Assembly: GCA_017406465.1 (NCBI GenBank) | Contig: JAFQYM010000004.1 | Coordinates: forward strand, 10,570 to 74,569 | Origin: Kiritimatiellia bacterium | GTDB taxonomy: Bacteria > Verrucomicrobiota > Kiritimatiellia > RFP12 > UBA1067 | Reading direction: 5' to 3' | DNA length: 64,000 nucleotides | Shown: positions 7,685 to 15,438 of the stretch, one piece after another | How the letters are laid out: the number at the start of each line of letters is the position of its first letter | How positions within the stretch are numbered: the stretch's first letter is position 1 | Program-made: the position numbers and the translations under genes | The notes under the pieces: generated by a model | Seen by the model: only the letters and a program-made list of their open reading frames with translations | Database searches by the model: none | Told to the model about the DNA's origin: nothing

Positions 7685-8929
7685 TCACGAACTAAGACGC
7701 GCTACGCCGGTGCGGCGGGCGGCCTCGGCAACTGCGGCGGGAACGATATCCATGAGACGGCGGTCGAACGGCTTGGGGATGATGTAGCCGGTGCCGAACT
7801 CAAGCGTCTCGTCCGGATAGAGCGCCTTCACGTCCTCCGGAACGGGCTCGCGCGCAAGCATCGCAAGCGCGTTCGCAGCCGCAACCTTCATCTCGGTGTT
7901 GATCGTCGTCGCCCTGACATCAAGAGCGCCGCGGAAGAGATACGGGAAGCCGAGCACGTTGTTGATCTGGTTCGGGTAGTCGCTCCTCCCAGTCACCATT
8001 ACGTACTTCCTGCCCTTGAGCGCCTTTGCGACTTCTTCGGGCGCAATTTCGGGATCGGGGTTCGCCATCGCGAAGATTGCGGGGAACTCGCCCATCTTGG
8101 CGACGTCCTCTCCGGAGAGGACATTCGCGGCGCTTACACCGATAAAGACGTCCGCTCCGGCAATCGCCTCCTTGAGCGTCTTCGCCGTAGTGTCGACAGC
8201 ATGCCGCGCCTTGTAGGGATTGAGGTCGTTGCGGTCCTTGCGGATCGTGCCCTTCGAGTCGCACATCGTGACGTCGACCACACCAGCCGCCTTGCACATC
8301 TCGCAGATGCGGATGCCAGCCGCGCCCGCGCCATTCATCACGATCTTGAGGTCCTTAAGCTCCTTCCCGGCGAGCTTGGCGTAGTTCATCACGCCAGAGA
8401 GCGAGATGACGGCCGTTCCCCACTGGTCGTCGTGGAACACGGGGATGTCGAGCGCCTTGTCGAGCTTGTCCTCGATTTCGAAGCAGGCGGGCGCGGCGAT
8501 GTCCTCAAGATTGACGCCACCATACTGGGGGGCGAGGGCCATCACAGCGTCGATGACGCGCTGCGGATCGGTGGGCCCCGTGTCCTTGCCGTCCTTGCGG
8601 CAGTGCGCGAGAGGAACGGGCCACGCGTCCACGTCGGCAAACGCCTTGAAGAGAACGGCCTTACCCTCCATCACCGGAACGGACGCCGCAGCACCGAGGT
8701 CTCCAAGCCCGAGAATCGCAGTGCCGTCCGAGACGACGGCCACGAGATTGCGCTTGGCCGTGACGTCCCACGCCGCGTCCTTGTTCTCCGCTATCGCCTT
8801 GACCGCGTGCGCTACGCCGGGCGTATAGGCGAGACAAAGGTCATCCTTCGTCTTGAGCGGTTTCGGGAGCGCAACCGCGACCTTCCCGCCGATGTGGTAC
8901 TTGAGAACCTCTTCCCTGTCGTATGCCAT
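7685..8929 (-). CDS. NAD(P)-dependent malic enzyme (short form)
   Basis: 414 aa. The sequence [16 protein letters not shown]...[17 protein letters not shown]...[18 protein letters not shown] is typical of malic enzymes. Confidence 0.9.
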   Translation of the reverse strand: MAYDREEVLKYHIGGKVAVALPKPLKTKDDLCLAYTPGVAHAVKAIAENKDAAWDVTAKRNLVAVVSDGTAILGLGDLGAAASVPVMEGKAVLFKAFADVDAWPVPLAHCRKDGKDTGPTDPQRVIDAVMALAPQYGGVNLEDIAAPACFEIEDKLDKALDIPVFHDDQWGTAVISLSGVMNYAKLAGKELKDLKIVMNGAGAAGIRICEMCKAAGVVDVTMCDSKGTIRKDRNDLNPYKARHAVDTTAKTLKEAIAGADVFIGVSAANVLSGEDVAKMGEFPAIFAMANPDPEIAPEEVAKALKGRKYVMVTGRSDYPNQINNVLGFPYLFRGALDVRATTINTEMKVAAANALAMLAREPVPEDVKALYPDETLEFGTGYIIPKPFDRRLMDIVPAAVAEAARRTGVARLSS

Positions 8930-8931
8930 GC

Positions 8932-10827
8932 CTATAGCTCCTTTTCAGTAAAGTTGAAATGCGTAATCTTCACGCCAGTGGGCACAAGCGTCTTGCGGAT
9001 GACCTTGAGCCAGTCGTCCGTCACTTCGCAGGCGATTACGACTGCGTCCGCGTTGACGCGATTCACGATCTCGGGCGCCTCCATGAGCGTGCCGAGCACC
9101 TTGACGCCGCCGATGAACTGCCCTCGCAGAAGAATGTCGTCGTCGAGAAGACCGACTACGATCCTGTCGTTTGCGGAAGTGCGTCGCACGAGCTCGCGCC
9201 TGAACGAGCGGTAGCGAAGCCCTGCGCCGTAGACGAGCACGCGCGAGACGTCCTTCCGCGCCTTGAGCCGAGAGCAGTCGAGCGTGTAGAAAATGCCGCG
9301 GACGAGCGGACGGAAGATGCGGACGGTCGAAAGGAATACAAAGCAGAGCAGCGGATACATGAGCGTCGCGCCGATGATCTCGGTCGTCTCGATCTGCGGC
9401 GCGTAGTAGACGCCTATAGAACCCGCGAGAGAGCCAGCCGCGCAGGCGAGGAAAAGCCACACGAAGTTTGCAGCCGTCGCGCGCGACCACACGGTCACGT
9501 AGATGCGGAAGAAAACAAGCGCCGCAAATACCGTCGATATCCTGATGGGCAGGCCGATCCGAATGACGGTCTTCGTGACTGGTATCTTCATCGCATAAAG
9601 CATAACGAAGAACGCACCTGTCAGCGCAATGAGGTCGAAAGCGACCAGGAGAGGCACCGCGAGCCGCGCCCAGCGGCGGCGCAGGGCCGTAGACCTGTCG
9701 CGCGCATACGACGAAAGGAGGCGCCCTGCGTCAAAGAGTTCGACACGCGCCATGTCGCGGAAGATGATGACCGCCGCAGCGGCGAAGGCGAAGAGCCAAA
9801 GTCCCGCAGACTTCGACTTGAGCGCCATGCCTGCCAACCCGATCGCGACAGCGCCCAGCGTAAGGAGATAGAGCGTCCAGGCGGCCTTCCGCTGGTTGAG
9901 CCCGACTGATCGAAGAATGCGGTGGTGCAAATGGTCGTGGTCTGCCGTCATCACGCGGTCGCTGTCGCCGTCGGAAAGTTCCGTCGCCATGCGGCGGAAG
10001 ATAAGATGCCGTATGGACCTGCGAAGAATCGCGAGCGCAGTGTCGAAAATCGGAACCCCCATCGCGAGAAGAGGAACGCCAACCGAAACAAGGAACGAGT
10101 TTGCGGCCTGGGTCGCAAGAGGCAGAGTCGCGACGAGGAAGCCGATGAGCATTGACCCCGAATCGCCGAGGAACACCGACGCTGGATTGTAGTTGTACCT
10201 GAGAAAGCCCACGAGCGCTCCGGCAAACGCAAGGTGGAACATGGTCTGGTCTGGGCGGCCCGAGAACGCGAGCGCGCCTGCCATGCCGAGAACTGCAATA
10301 AGCGCGATTCCAGACGCAAGGCCGTCGAGACCGTCGATAAGATTGAAGGCGTTTACCGCGCCTACGATCCAGAACATGGTTAGCGCGCAGTCAAGGACCG
10401 GCGGAATCGACGGCCAGAGAGTATGGAAACCAAGATCAGCCCAGAACCAGGCGAAGAAGGCAACGGCGAGCTGGCCGAGAAGCTTGAGCTTCGGCGGCAG
10501 GTTCCACTTGTCGTCGGCAAGTCCGAGGAGAAACACCGCCGTAGCAAGCACCACAAAGCGCAGAGAATGGGACCCCACACCCGATCCGACCCAGCGGCTG
10601 CCCGTCACGAGGACATAGACGAAAAACGACCCAAAAAGCCCGAGGAAAAGCGCGGCACCTCCGCCGCGGGGAATCGGAACCTTGTTTATGCGACGCGGAT
10701 CTGGCTTGTCGACCATGCCGAGGCGGCGGTTTATCTCGCGCACTATCGGGGTCAGTACGAGCGTCAGCGCAAGCGCCGCAAAGAAGACTATGGCGAACGG
10801 GGCAAGTCTTTCAAGAAGAGCCATCAT
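8932..10827 (-). CDS. Polyprenyl-phosphate N-acetylhexosamine-1-phosphate transferase (GT4, WecA/MraY family) fused to extra TM segments and a WbaP/CapD-type N-terminal Rossmann-like module
   Basis: 631 aa with the NAFNLIDGLDGLASG motif and multiple TM helices. The C-terminus VLVYGAGLRYRSF...VGLLDDD...GGVKVLG...ADAVVIA resembles the CoA-binding-like module of WbaP/PglF/CapD. Its ATG overlaps the exosortase stop (ATGATG). Confidence 0.8.
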   Translation of the reverse strand: MMALLERLAPFAIVFFAALALTLVLTPIVREINRRLGMVDKPDPRRINKVPIPRGGGAALFLGLFGSFFVYVLVTGSRWVGSGVGSHSLRFVVLATAVFLLGLADDKWNLPPKLKLLGQLAVAFFAWFWADLGFHTLWPSIPPVLDCALTMFWIVGAVNAFNLIDGLDGLASGIALIAVLGMAGALAFSGRPDQTMFHLAFAGALVGFLRYNYNPASVFLGDSGSMLIGFLVATLPLATQAANSFLVSVGVPLLAMGVPIFDTALAILRRSIRHLIFRRMATELSDGDSDRVMTADHDHLHHRILRSVGLNQRKAAWTLYLLTLGAVAIGLAGMALKSKSAGLWLFAFAAAAVIIFRDMARVELFDAGRLLSSYARDRSTALRRRWARLAVPLLVAFDLIALTGAFFVMLYAMKIPVTKTVIRIGLPIRISTVFAALVFFRIYVTVWSRATAANFVWLFLACAAGSLAGSIGVYYAPQIETTEIIGATLMYPLLCFVFLSTVRIFRPLVRGIFYTLDCSRLKARKDVSRVLVYGAGLRYRSFRRELVRRTSANDRIVVGLLDDDILLRGQFIGGVKVLGTLMEAPEIVNRVNADAVVIACEVTDDWLKVIRKTLVPTGVKITHFNFTEKEL

Positions 10828-12347
10828 TTTGCGTCACCTCCATCAAGTTCTATCCGCGACAGGAGATAGGAAAGCCCGACGTCGTCGCTACGAGACGCGT
10901 TGACCGTCACCATGACCCAGCGGTCTATGCGGTTGAGGACGCTGCGGTCAACTACGTCGCGGAAGATGCGCGACACGTGGCTTGCCGTCTTGAAGCCCTC
11001 CTGGTTGAAAAAAGTGTAGGCAAAGCCGAATGTCGGGGAGTCCTTCGACGCAAGGTCGATGAAGCGCCAGTCTCGCCCAGCGACGGAGCGGGTGCGCGGG
11101 CGTTCCATGCGAAGCCCCTGCGCAGGGAGGCACAGCTCCGGGCGGTGGATAGAACTCTTGGACTTCCCGCCGATGACGAGAGAGACAACCATCCAGTCGC
11201 CGCTGTCCGCAACATAGCGGCGCTTCTCGATCACCGTGTCGGACGGAAGGACCGTGAGCTCGGCTTCAGACGGCTCGAGAACTTCTGACGAGAAGCCGGG
11301 AATGTCGGCGAGATGAACGTTTGGCGCCTCTGCGACCGTCACGTCAGGGGTCGCCGCCTGGAAGAACATCAACGGAACGACAAGCGCAAAGGCGAGAACG
11401 GCGACGGGCAACGAAGATGAAATCCGCAAACCGGCCGTCGACTGTCGACCATCGACACCTGACTGTCGGCTGTCGGATGCCGGCTGGCGACTGTCGACAT
11501 CCTTTCTCTCGAAGATCCTTGTCACGGCCTCGCCTGTCGCCACCATCAGCAAGATTGCCACTGCAAAGACGACAAAACCAGAGTAATCGTGATAGAAACC
11601 AGTTGCGAAATCCGAAGATGCAAAGTTGGCGACGAGCACAATCGTGAGAATTCGCATCACGTTGCCAAGTATCGCGATAGGCACTGACGCCGCGAAGAGA
11701 ATACCGCGGCGAAGCCACGTTGGCTGAGTGAAATACGCATAGCCCGCAGTCAAGGCCATAAGCGCGAAGAGCGAGCGAAGTCCACTGCAAGGGTCGGCCA
11801 CGTCTATGGAGAACGAGCCGTCGGCCGCGCCGACCATCGTGCCCTGCTGGACGATGTCAGCGCCAACACCGCGCGCAACGGCAAACGCCGTCGAACTCGC
11901 AAGAAGCCGAAGGTGAACAGTCACGACGTCGAGAAACGTCGCAAGCGGGATGCAAAAGAGCAGGAAGAGCGCGGGGAACAGGACGGCTTTCGCCGTTTCC
12001 TTACCGAAAAACGCCCACGGAACGGTTATCAAGAGCCCGACAAACGCGACAATCTCGAAACGGAGCTGCACGCCCCTGACGCCGAGAAAGCCGAGCGCGA
12101 GAAACGGCAACGCCGCAAAGAGCCCAGCCCACGAAGGTGCGCCAAGGGATTCGAGAATCTTCCGCCTCTCGGTCCAAACGACATAGAGCGAAAAAAGCGG
12201 CACATACCACCCGAACGACATATCCTCCTGCGGAGCGCGGAACATGTCGGGCGCATGGTGCAGGATCATTGCCTGAAAACCCCATAGCATGGCGGCAAAG
12301 ACACCCGCCATGAGCGCTATTCTCACATGGAGCCCCCGAACTTTCAT
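10824..12347 (-). CDS. Exosortase (EpsH family) fused to a C-terminal EpsI-family domain
   Basis: 507 aa and polytopic. It has the catalytic-type motif DPCSGLRS. A repetitive linker is followed by an EpsI-like periplasmic domain (...IGGKSKSSIHRPELCLPAQG...). Confidence 0.8.
   Translation of the reverse strand: MKVRGLHVRIALMAGVFAAMLWGFQAMILHHAPDMFRAPQEDMSFGWYVPLFSLYVVWTERRKILESLGAPSWAGLFAALPFLALGFLGVRGVQLRFEIVAFVGLLITVPWAFFGKETAKAVLFPALFLLFCIPLATFLDVVTVHLRLLASSTAFAVARGVGADIVQQGTMVGAADGSFSIDVADPCSGLRSLFALMALTAGYAYFTQPTWLRRGILFAASVPIAILGNVMRILTIVLVANFASSDFATGFYHDYSGFVVFAVAILLMVATGEAVTRIFERKDVDSRQPASDSRQSGVDGRQSTAGLRISSSLPVAVLAFALVVPLMFFQAATPDVTVAEAPNVHLADIPGFSSEVLEPSEAELTVLPSDTVIEKRRYVADSGDWMVVSLVIGGKSKSSIHRPELCLPAQGLRMERPRTRSVAGRDWRFIDLASKDSPTFGFAYTFFNQEGFKTASHVSRIFRDVVDRSVLNRIDRWVMVTVNASRSDDVGLSYLLSRIELDGGDAK
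11435..11497. repeat. Imperfect tandem heptanucleotide repeat inside the exosortase CDS, 9 units (plus-strand consensus CTGTCGA)
   Basis: ccgtcga ctgtcga ccatcga cacctga ctgtcgg ctgtcgg atgccgg ctggcga ctgtcga. It encodes the linker DSRQPAS-DSRQSGV-DGRQSTA, which has 21-nt (7-aa) periodicity. Confidence 0.85.
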
Positions 12348-12359
12348 AGGTGGTTAAAT

Positions 12360-12368
12360 ATTATACCA
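12360..12368 (-). promoter_or_regulatory. Extended -10 element TGGTATAAT, 12 nt upstream of the exosortase ATG
   Basis: Perfect 9-mer overlapping the TAA stop of the oxidoreductase gene. Confidence 0.4.
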
Positions 12369-13695
12369 TAAAACGCGGTCGCTCTTCTTGCCCTTGGCGG
12401 CTGCGTTCGCAGGCAAAGCCCATGACATGGCTTTCGACGCTCGCCTCCAAGCTGGACGAAAGAAGCGAGAAGTCGCGTGTGTCAACGGCCTGGAGGAAGT
12501 CTCGTATAAGCGCAAGGTCGCCGCCCGCGTGGCCGCTTTCCTTGTAGGACTCCCCTTCCGGCGGAACAAACGACCACGGATACGACTTCCCCGTGTCGAA
12601 GCGGTAGAGCGTAAAGGACTTGCCGTCGCCCTCGATGTACCCGAGCGTTCCCATGATGCGCGTGCGCCGTCCGCCCCAGGGCGTGAATGCGTCCATCGTA
12701 AAGCTCGCCGTCACCCCGCCCTCGAAAAGAAGCGTGGCGACGATATGGTCGGGCTGGTCATTGTCCATGCGGTACACGCAGCGTCCGTAGTCGGTCGTCC
12801 GCAGTTTCTCGAGGATCGCCTCGGAAGGACAGTCCTTCTTCAAGTCGAACACGTAGAGAAACCAACGCTTCCTGTCGTAGATGTCAATCGCGGAGTATGG
12901 GCATGTCTTCTCGTGCGGGCAACCGCCCGTGCAGCGAGCCGTCGCGCCTGCCGGCGCCTTGTCAGCGCGAAAGAGCGCAATGCCGCCCTCGGCGCTCACG
13001 CGCACGCACCGCCTGCCGACGAGCCACTTCAGGATGTCGAGGTCGTGACAGCACTTTGCGACAATCATCGGCGTGGTCGCCTTGCTGTCGTGCCAGTTGC
13101 CGCGCACAAACGAGTGCGCCATGTGCGCGTACATCACGGGCTCCTGGTGCTGTATGTTCACGAGTTCGCCGACGAGACCCAAGTCAATCGCCTTCTTGAG
13201 CGCGCGGAAATACGGCGAATAGCGCAGCACGTGCCCGACCGCCACCATGACGCCGGTCTCGCGCTGGCGTGCGAGCAGATCAAGGCACTCGCGCTCGGTC
13301 TGCGCCATCGGCTTTTCGAGAAGGAGATCGTAGCCCTGGCGCATCGCCTCCATCGCGGGCTCGAAGTGCAGGGCGTCGGGAAGCGCCACGAGCATTACGT
13401 CTGCGAGCTTTCCAGACTTCCCCGCTTCAAGCATTTCGTGGTAGTCGCCGAAACAGCGCTCCCGTGGAACGCCCCACTCGTCGCCCATGCGTTCGCGACG
13501 CGAGGCGTCGATGTCCGACACCGCGACGACTTTCATCGTTCCCGGAAACAGCTTTCCGTAGGCGGGATACTCGTTCCCGCGCGACCCCGCGCCCATCACC
13601 GCAACGGTGATTTCGCGGCTTGTCGCGATCTTCAGCGGTTTTACCTCCGCAAGCTCAGCAAATGTCCGTTCAATGTCCATGGTCTTCGTTACCAC
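12361..13695 (-). CDS. Gfo/Idh/MocA-family oxidoreductase
   Basis: It has the Rossmann N-terminus ITVAVMGAGSRGNEY and the motif LLEKPMA. The start is either GTG at 13695 or ATG at 13680 (MDIERTF). Confidence 0.85.
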   Translation of the reverse strand: MVTKTMDIERTFAELAEVKPLKIATSREITVAVMGAGSRGNEYPAYGKLFPGTMKVVAVSDIDASRRERMGDEWGVPRERCFGDYHEMLEAGKSGKLADVMLVALPDALHFEPAMEAMRQGYDLLLEKPMAQTERECLDLLARQRETGVMVAVGHVLRYSPYFRALKKAIDLGLVGELVNIQHQEPVMYAHMAHSFVRGNWHDSKATTPMIVAKCCHDLDILKWLVGRRCVRVSAEGGIALFRADKAPAGATARCTGGCPHEKTCPYSAIDIYDRKRWFLYVFDLKKDCPSEAILEKLRTTDYGRCVYRMDNDQPDHIVATLLFEGGVTASFTMDAFTPWGGRRTRIMGTLGYIEGDGKSFTLYRFDTGKSYPWSFVPPEGESYKESGHAGGDLALIRDFLQAVDTRDFSLLSSSLEASVESHVMGFACERSRQGQEERPRFMV

Positions 13696-13709
13696 CCCTA
13701 CGTGCGGGA

Positions 13710-13718
13710 ATTATAGCA
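13710..13718 (-). promoter_or_regulatory. Extended -10 element TGCTATAAT
   Basis: It sits in the loop of a 7-bp inverted repeat (GTGCGGG 13702-13708 / CCCGCAC 13722-13728), upstream of the oxidoreductase gene. Confidence 0.5.
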
Positions 13719-13772
13719 AAACCCGCACAATCGGGAAATAGCCTGCATCGATGCAGCTAAGGGCCTACCCCG

Positions 13773-13994
13773 CTACTTCATCTCGACCCCGACCGTGAAG
13801 AACCGGTCGAGCGCGTTTGTCGGCGCGTGCCATTCTTCGCCCGACTCCAACCCCGCCCTGCCGTAGATGGTGTACCGCCGCCGCGACTCTTCCGCCACGT
13901 TCAACTTCGGCGACCATTCGACGACCGGCGCGCCGTCGACCATCGTAATCGTCGCGGTAAACACCGAGTTCGTGTCGGTCGATTCCCGCGACAT
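13773..13994 (-). CDS. Hypothetical 73-aa protein, high-GC, at the island boundary
   Basis: The ATG is preceded by GGAAGTGGTAGGG, 17 nt after the stop of the island's last gene. The sequence ends ...EEWHAPTNALDRFFTVGVEMK. No family recognised. Confidence 0.4.
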   Translation of the reverse strand: MSRESTDTNSVFTATITMVDGAPVVEWSPKLNVAEESRRRYTIYGRAGLESGEEWHAPTNALDRFFTVGVEMK

Positions 13995-14011
13995 AACCCT
14001 ACCACTTCCTA

Positions 14012-14896
14012 CTATTTCCGTCCAAATAAAGCATCATGCAACTTGTTAGCATTCTCCAGCGTAAATCCAGTTGCAGAATGAATCTTTTCTCCAGCTTTCG
14101 AGCGCACCTTTATCACCAATTCGTGCCTAGAGGGTTCCGCATTCCAATAACTTGGATGATTTGCTGACAGAACATATCGCATGGCGATTTTCTTTGCGTC
14201 AAGCGCATTCTTAACCTCCTTGAATATCCTACCTCGCACCTTGCTTCCTCCGGTTGTGCATATTACAACCACATCAGTCTTGGGCTCATACACAGAGCCG
14301 AGCCGCGAAATAAACTCATTGAAATAATCGTAATTTTCCCTATGATCCAGAAACAGCTTTTTGACAATTATGTTTTTCCGCTTCTGATTGTCTGGATAGC
14401 CATACAATGGCATCCCGAGAGAACACTGATACTGGATCATATTCATGAATGCGACATAATAGTCCTCGAAATTCTTCTTGAACAACATAGGGAGCAAGTG
14501 TTTTATGTTTCGACCTGTTGCTCCACGAGCAGGAGCGGGCGAAGCATACAAGCCACATTTAAAACCGTTTGAACATTCATCACATCTTGTGACATATTCA
14601 TCCTTATGTGGGGATTCTAATATCAGGATGATCTTGGGCTTGTGCTGCGCCCCTTCCTCGCCATACCAGTCTTGCAGGCTTACTATCTCGTTATTTGCGC
14701 GTGCAACCAACGGGGGCAGACTAAGTCCATCACAACGCCATTCCCCTAACGGCGACAATGATATGGCATCATTGCAAATTTCCGTGTGGCAATCTTTATA
14801 GATGCTCCGGAAGTCTGTGCAATCAATGCACAAGACATCTGAAACATCCTGCGGAAAATCAATCCAGCGCTTACTTTTCATTATACACCCCGACAT
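14012..14896 (-). CDS. Hypothetical protein with an N-terminal Cys cluster and a domain whose motif order resembles the uracil-DNA-glycosylase superfamily
   Basis: 294 aa (alternative ATG at 14881). Motifs: CIDCTDF...CHTEIC, KIILILESPH, ARGATGRNI, FMNMIQYQC, VVVICTTGG, NHPSYW. The family assignment rests on motif resemblance only. Confidence 0.7.
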   Translation of the reverse strand: MSGCIMKSKRWIDFPQDVSDVLCIDCTDFRSIYKDCHTEICNDAISLSPLGEWRCDGLSLPPLVARANNEIVSLQDWYGEEGAQHKPKIILILESPHKDEYVTRCDECSNGFKCGLYASPAPARGATGRNIKHLLPMLFKKNFEDYYVAFMNMIQYQCSLGMPLYGYPDNQKRKNIIVKKLFLDHRENYDYFNEFISRLGSVYEPKTDVVVICTTGGSKVRGRIFKEVKNALDAKKIAMRYVLSANHPSYWNAEPSRHELVIKVRSKAGEKIHSATGFTLENANKLHDALFGRK

Positions 14897-15122
14897 GCTT
14901 TTTAGCTTCCATCAAGCACTTATCGGCCATCTCCTGAAACATGGAAGCACTTTCGAGTTTGGCACACTGGAAGATATAGTTCTTCACCTCTTGTTTCTCT
15001 TCATCGCTGGTCTTGAGTTTCTGCTCTTTTATCATCGCAAGAAAACGATTCCATGCATACTTGTAATACCGACCGTCATATGTCCCTTCTTCATTGGTGA
15101 ATTGCATCAACCAACCATCCAT
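14871..15122 (-). CDS. Hypothetical 83-aa protein (charged, probably helical)
   Basis: Strong GAGGAGGA RBS. It overlaps the downstream ORF. No family recognised. Confidence 0.6.
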   Translation of the reverse strand: MDGWLMQFTNEEGTYDGRYYKYAWNRFLAMIKEQKLKTSDEEKQEVKNYIFQCAKLESASMFQEMADKCLMEAKKHVGVYNEK

Positions 15123-15136
15123 AATCTAATCCTCCT

Positions 15137-15400
15137 CTATTTCTTGATCCGTATCTTTCCATCATACTTTTCACGCGTGTATTCATCTTGAAACCATATA
15201 CTTCCGCATCTCGGGCAATACCAACAATGTCCACTAACCCATTCACCATCAATTTCTGCCGTGCAGTCGGCGTACTTATACTCGCCACGACATGTTGATG
15301 AGGTACAGTATTTTGGCGAATCTACATAGCCGGACGCTATACCATGTGTATATTCCGTCTCACCGAATACAGGGCAACCGTCTTGTTCATCGAATCTCAT
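15137..15400 (-). CDS. Hypothetical 87-aa zinc-ribbon-like protein
   Basis: The ATG at 15398-15400 is preceded by AAAGGAG. The ORF-track TTG at 15442 is less likely. It has the Cys pattern ...C...C....C...HCWYCPRCG. Confidence 0.6.
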   Translation of the reverse strand: MRFDEQDGCPVFGETEYTHGIASGYVDSPKYCTSSTCRGEYKYADCTAEIDGEWVSGHCWYCPRCGSIWFQDEYTREKYDGKIRIKK

Positions 15401-15438
15401 CACGTTCGCTCCTTTCATTAACTTTTTTATATCAAGTC

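Noticed and set aside
14802-15191. A 129-aa plus-strand hydrophobic ORF inside the island.
   Set aside because: - It is antisense to two minus-strand ORFs that have strong SD sequences and coupled spacing.
- It has no RBS.
- AT-rich DNA readily yields Leu/Ile/Phe-rich shadow ORFs.
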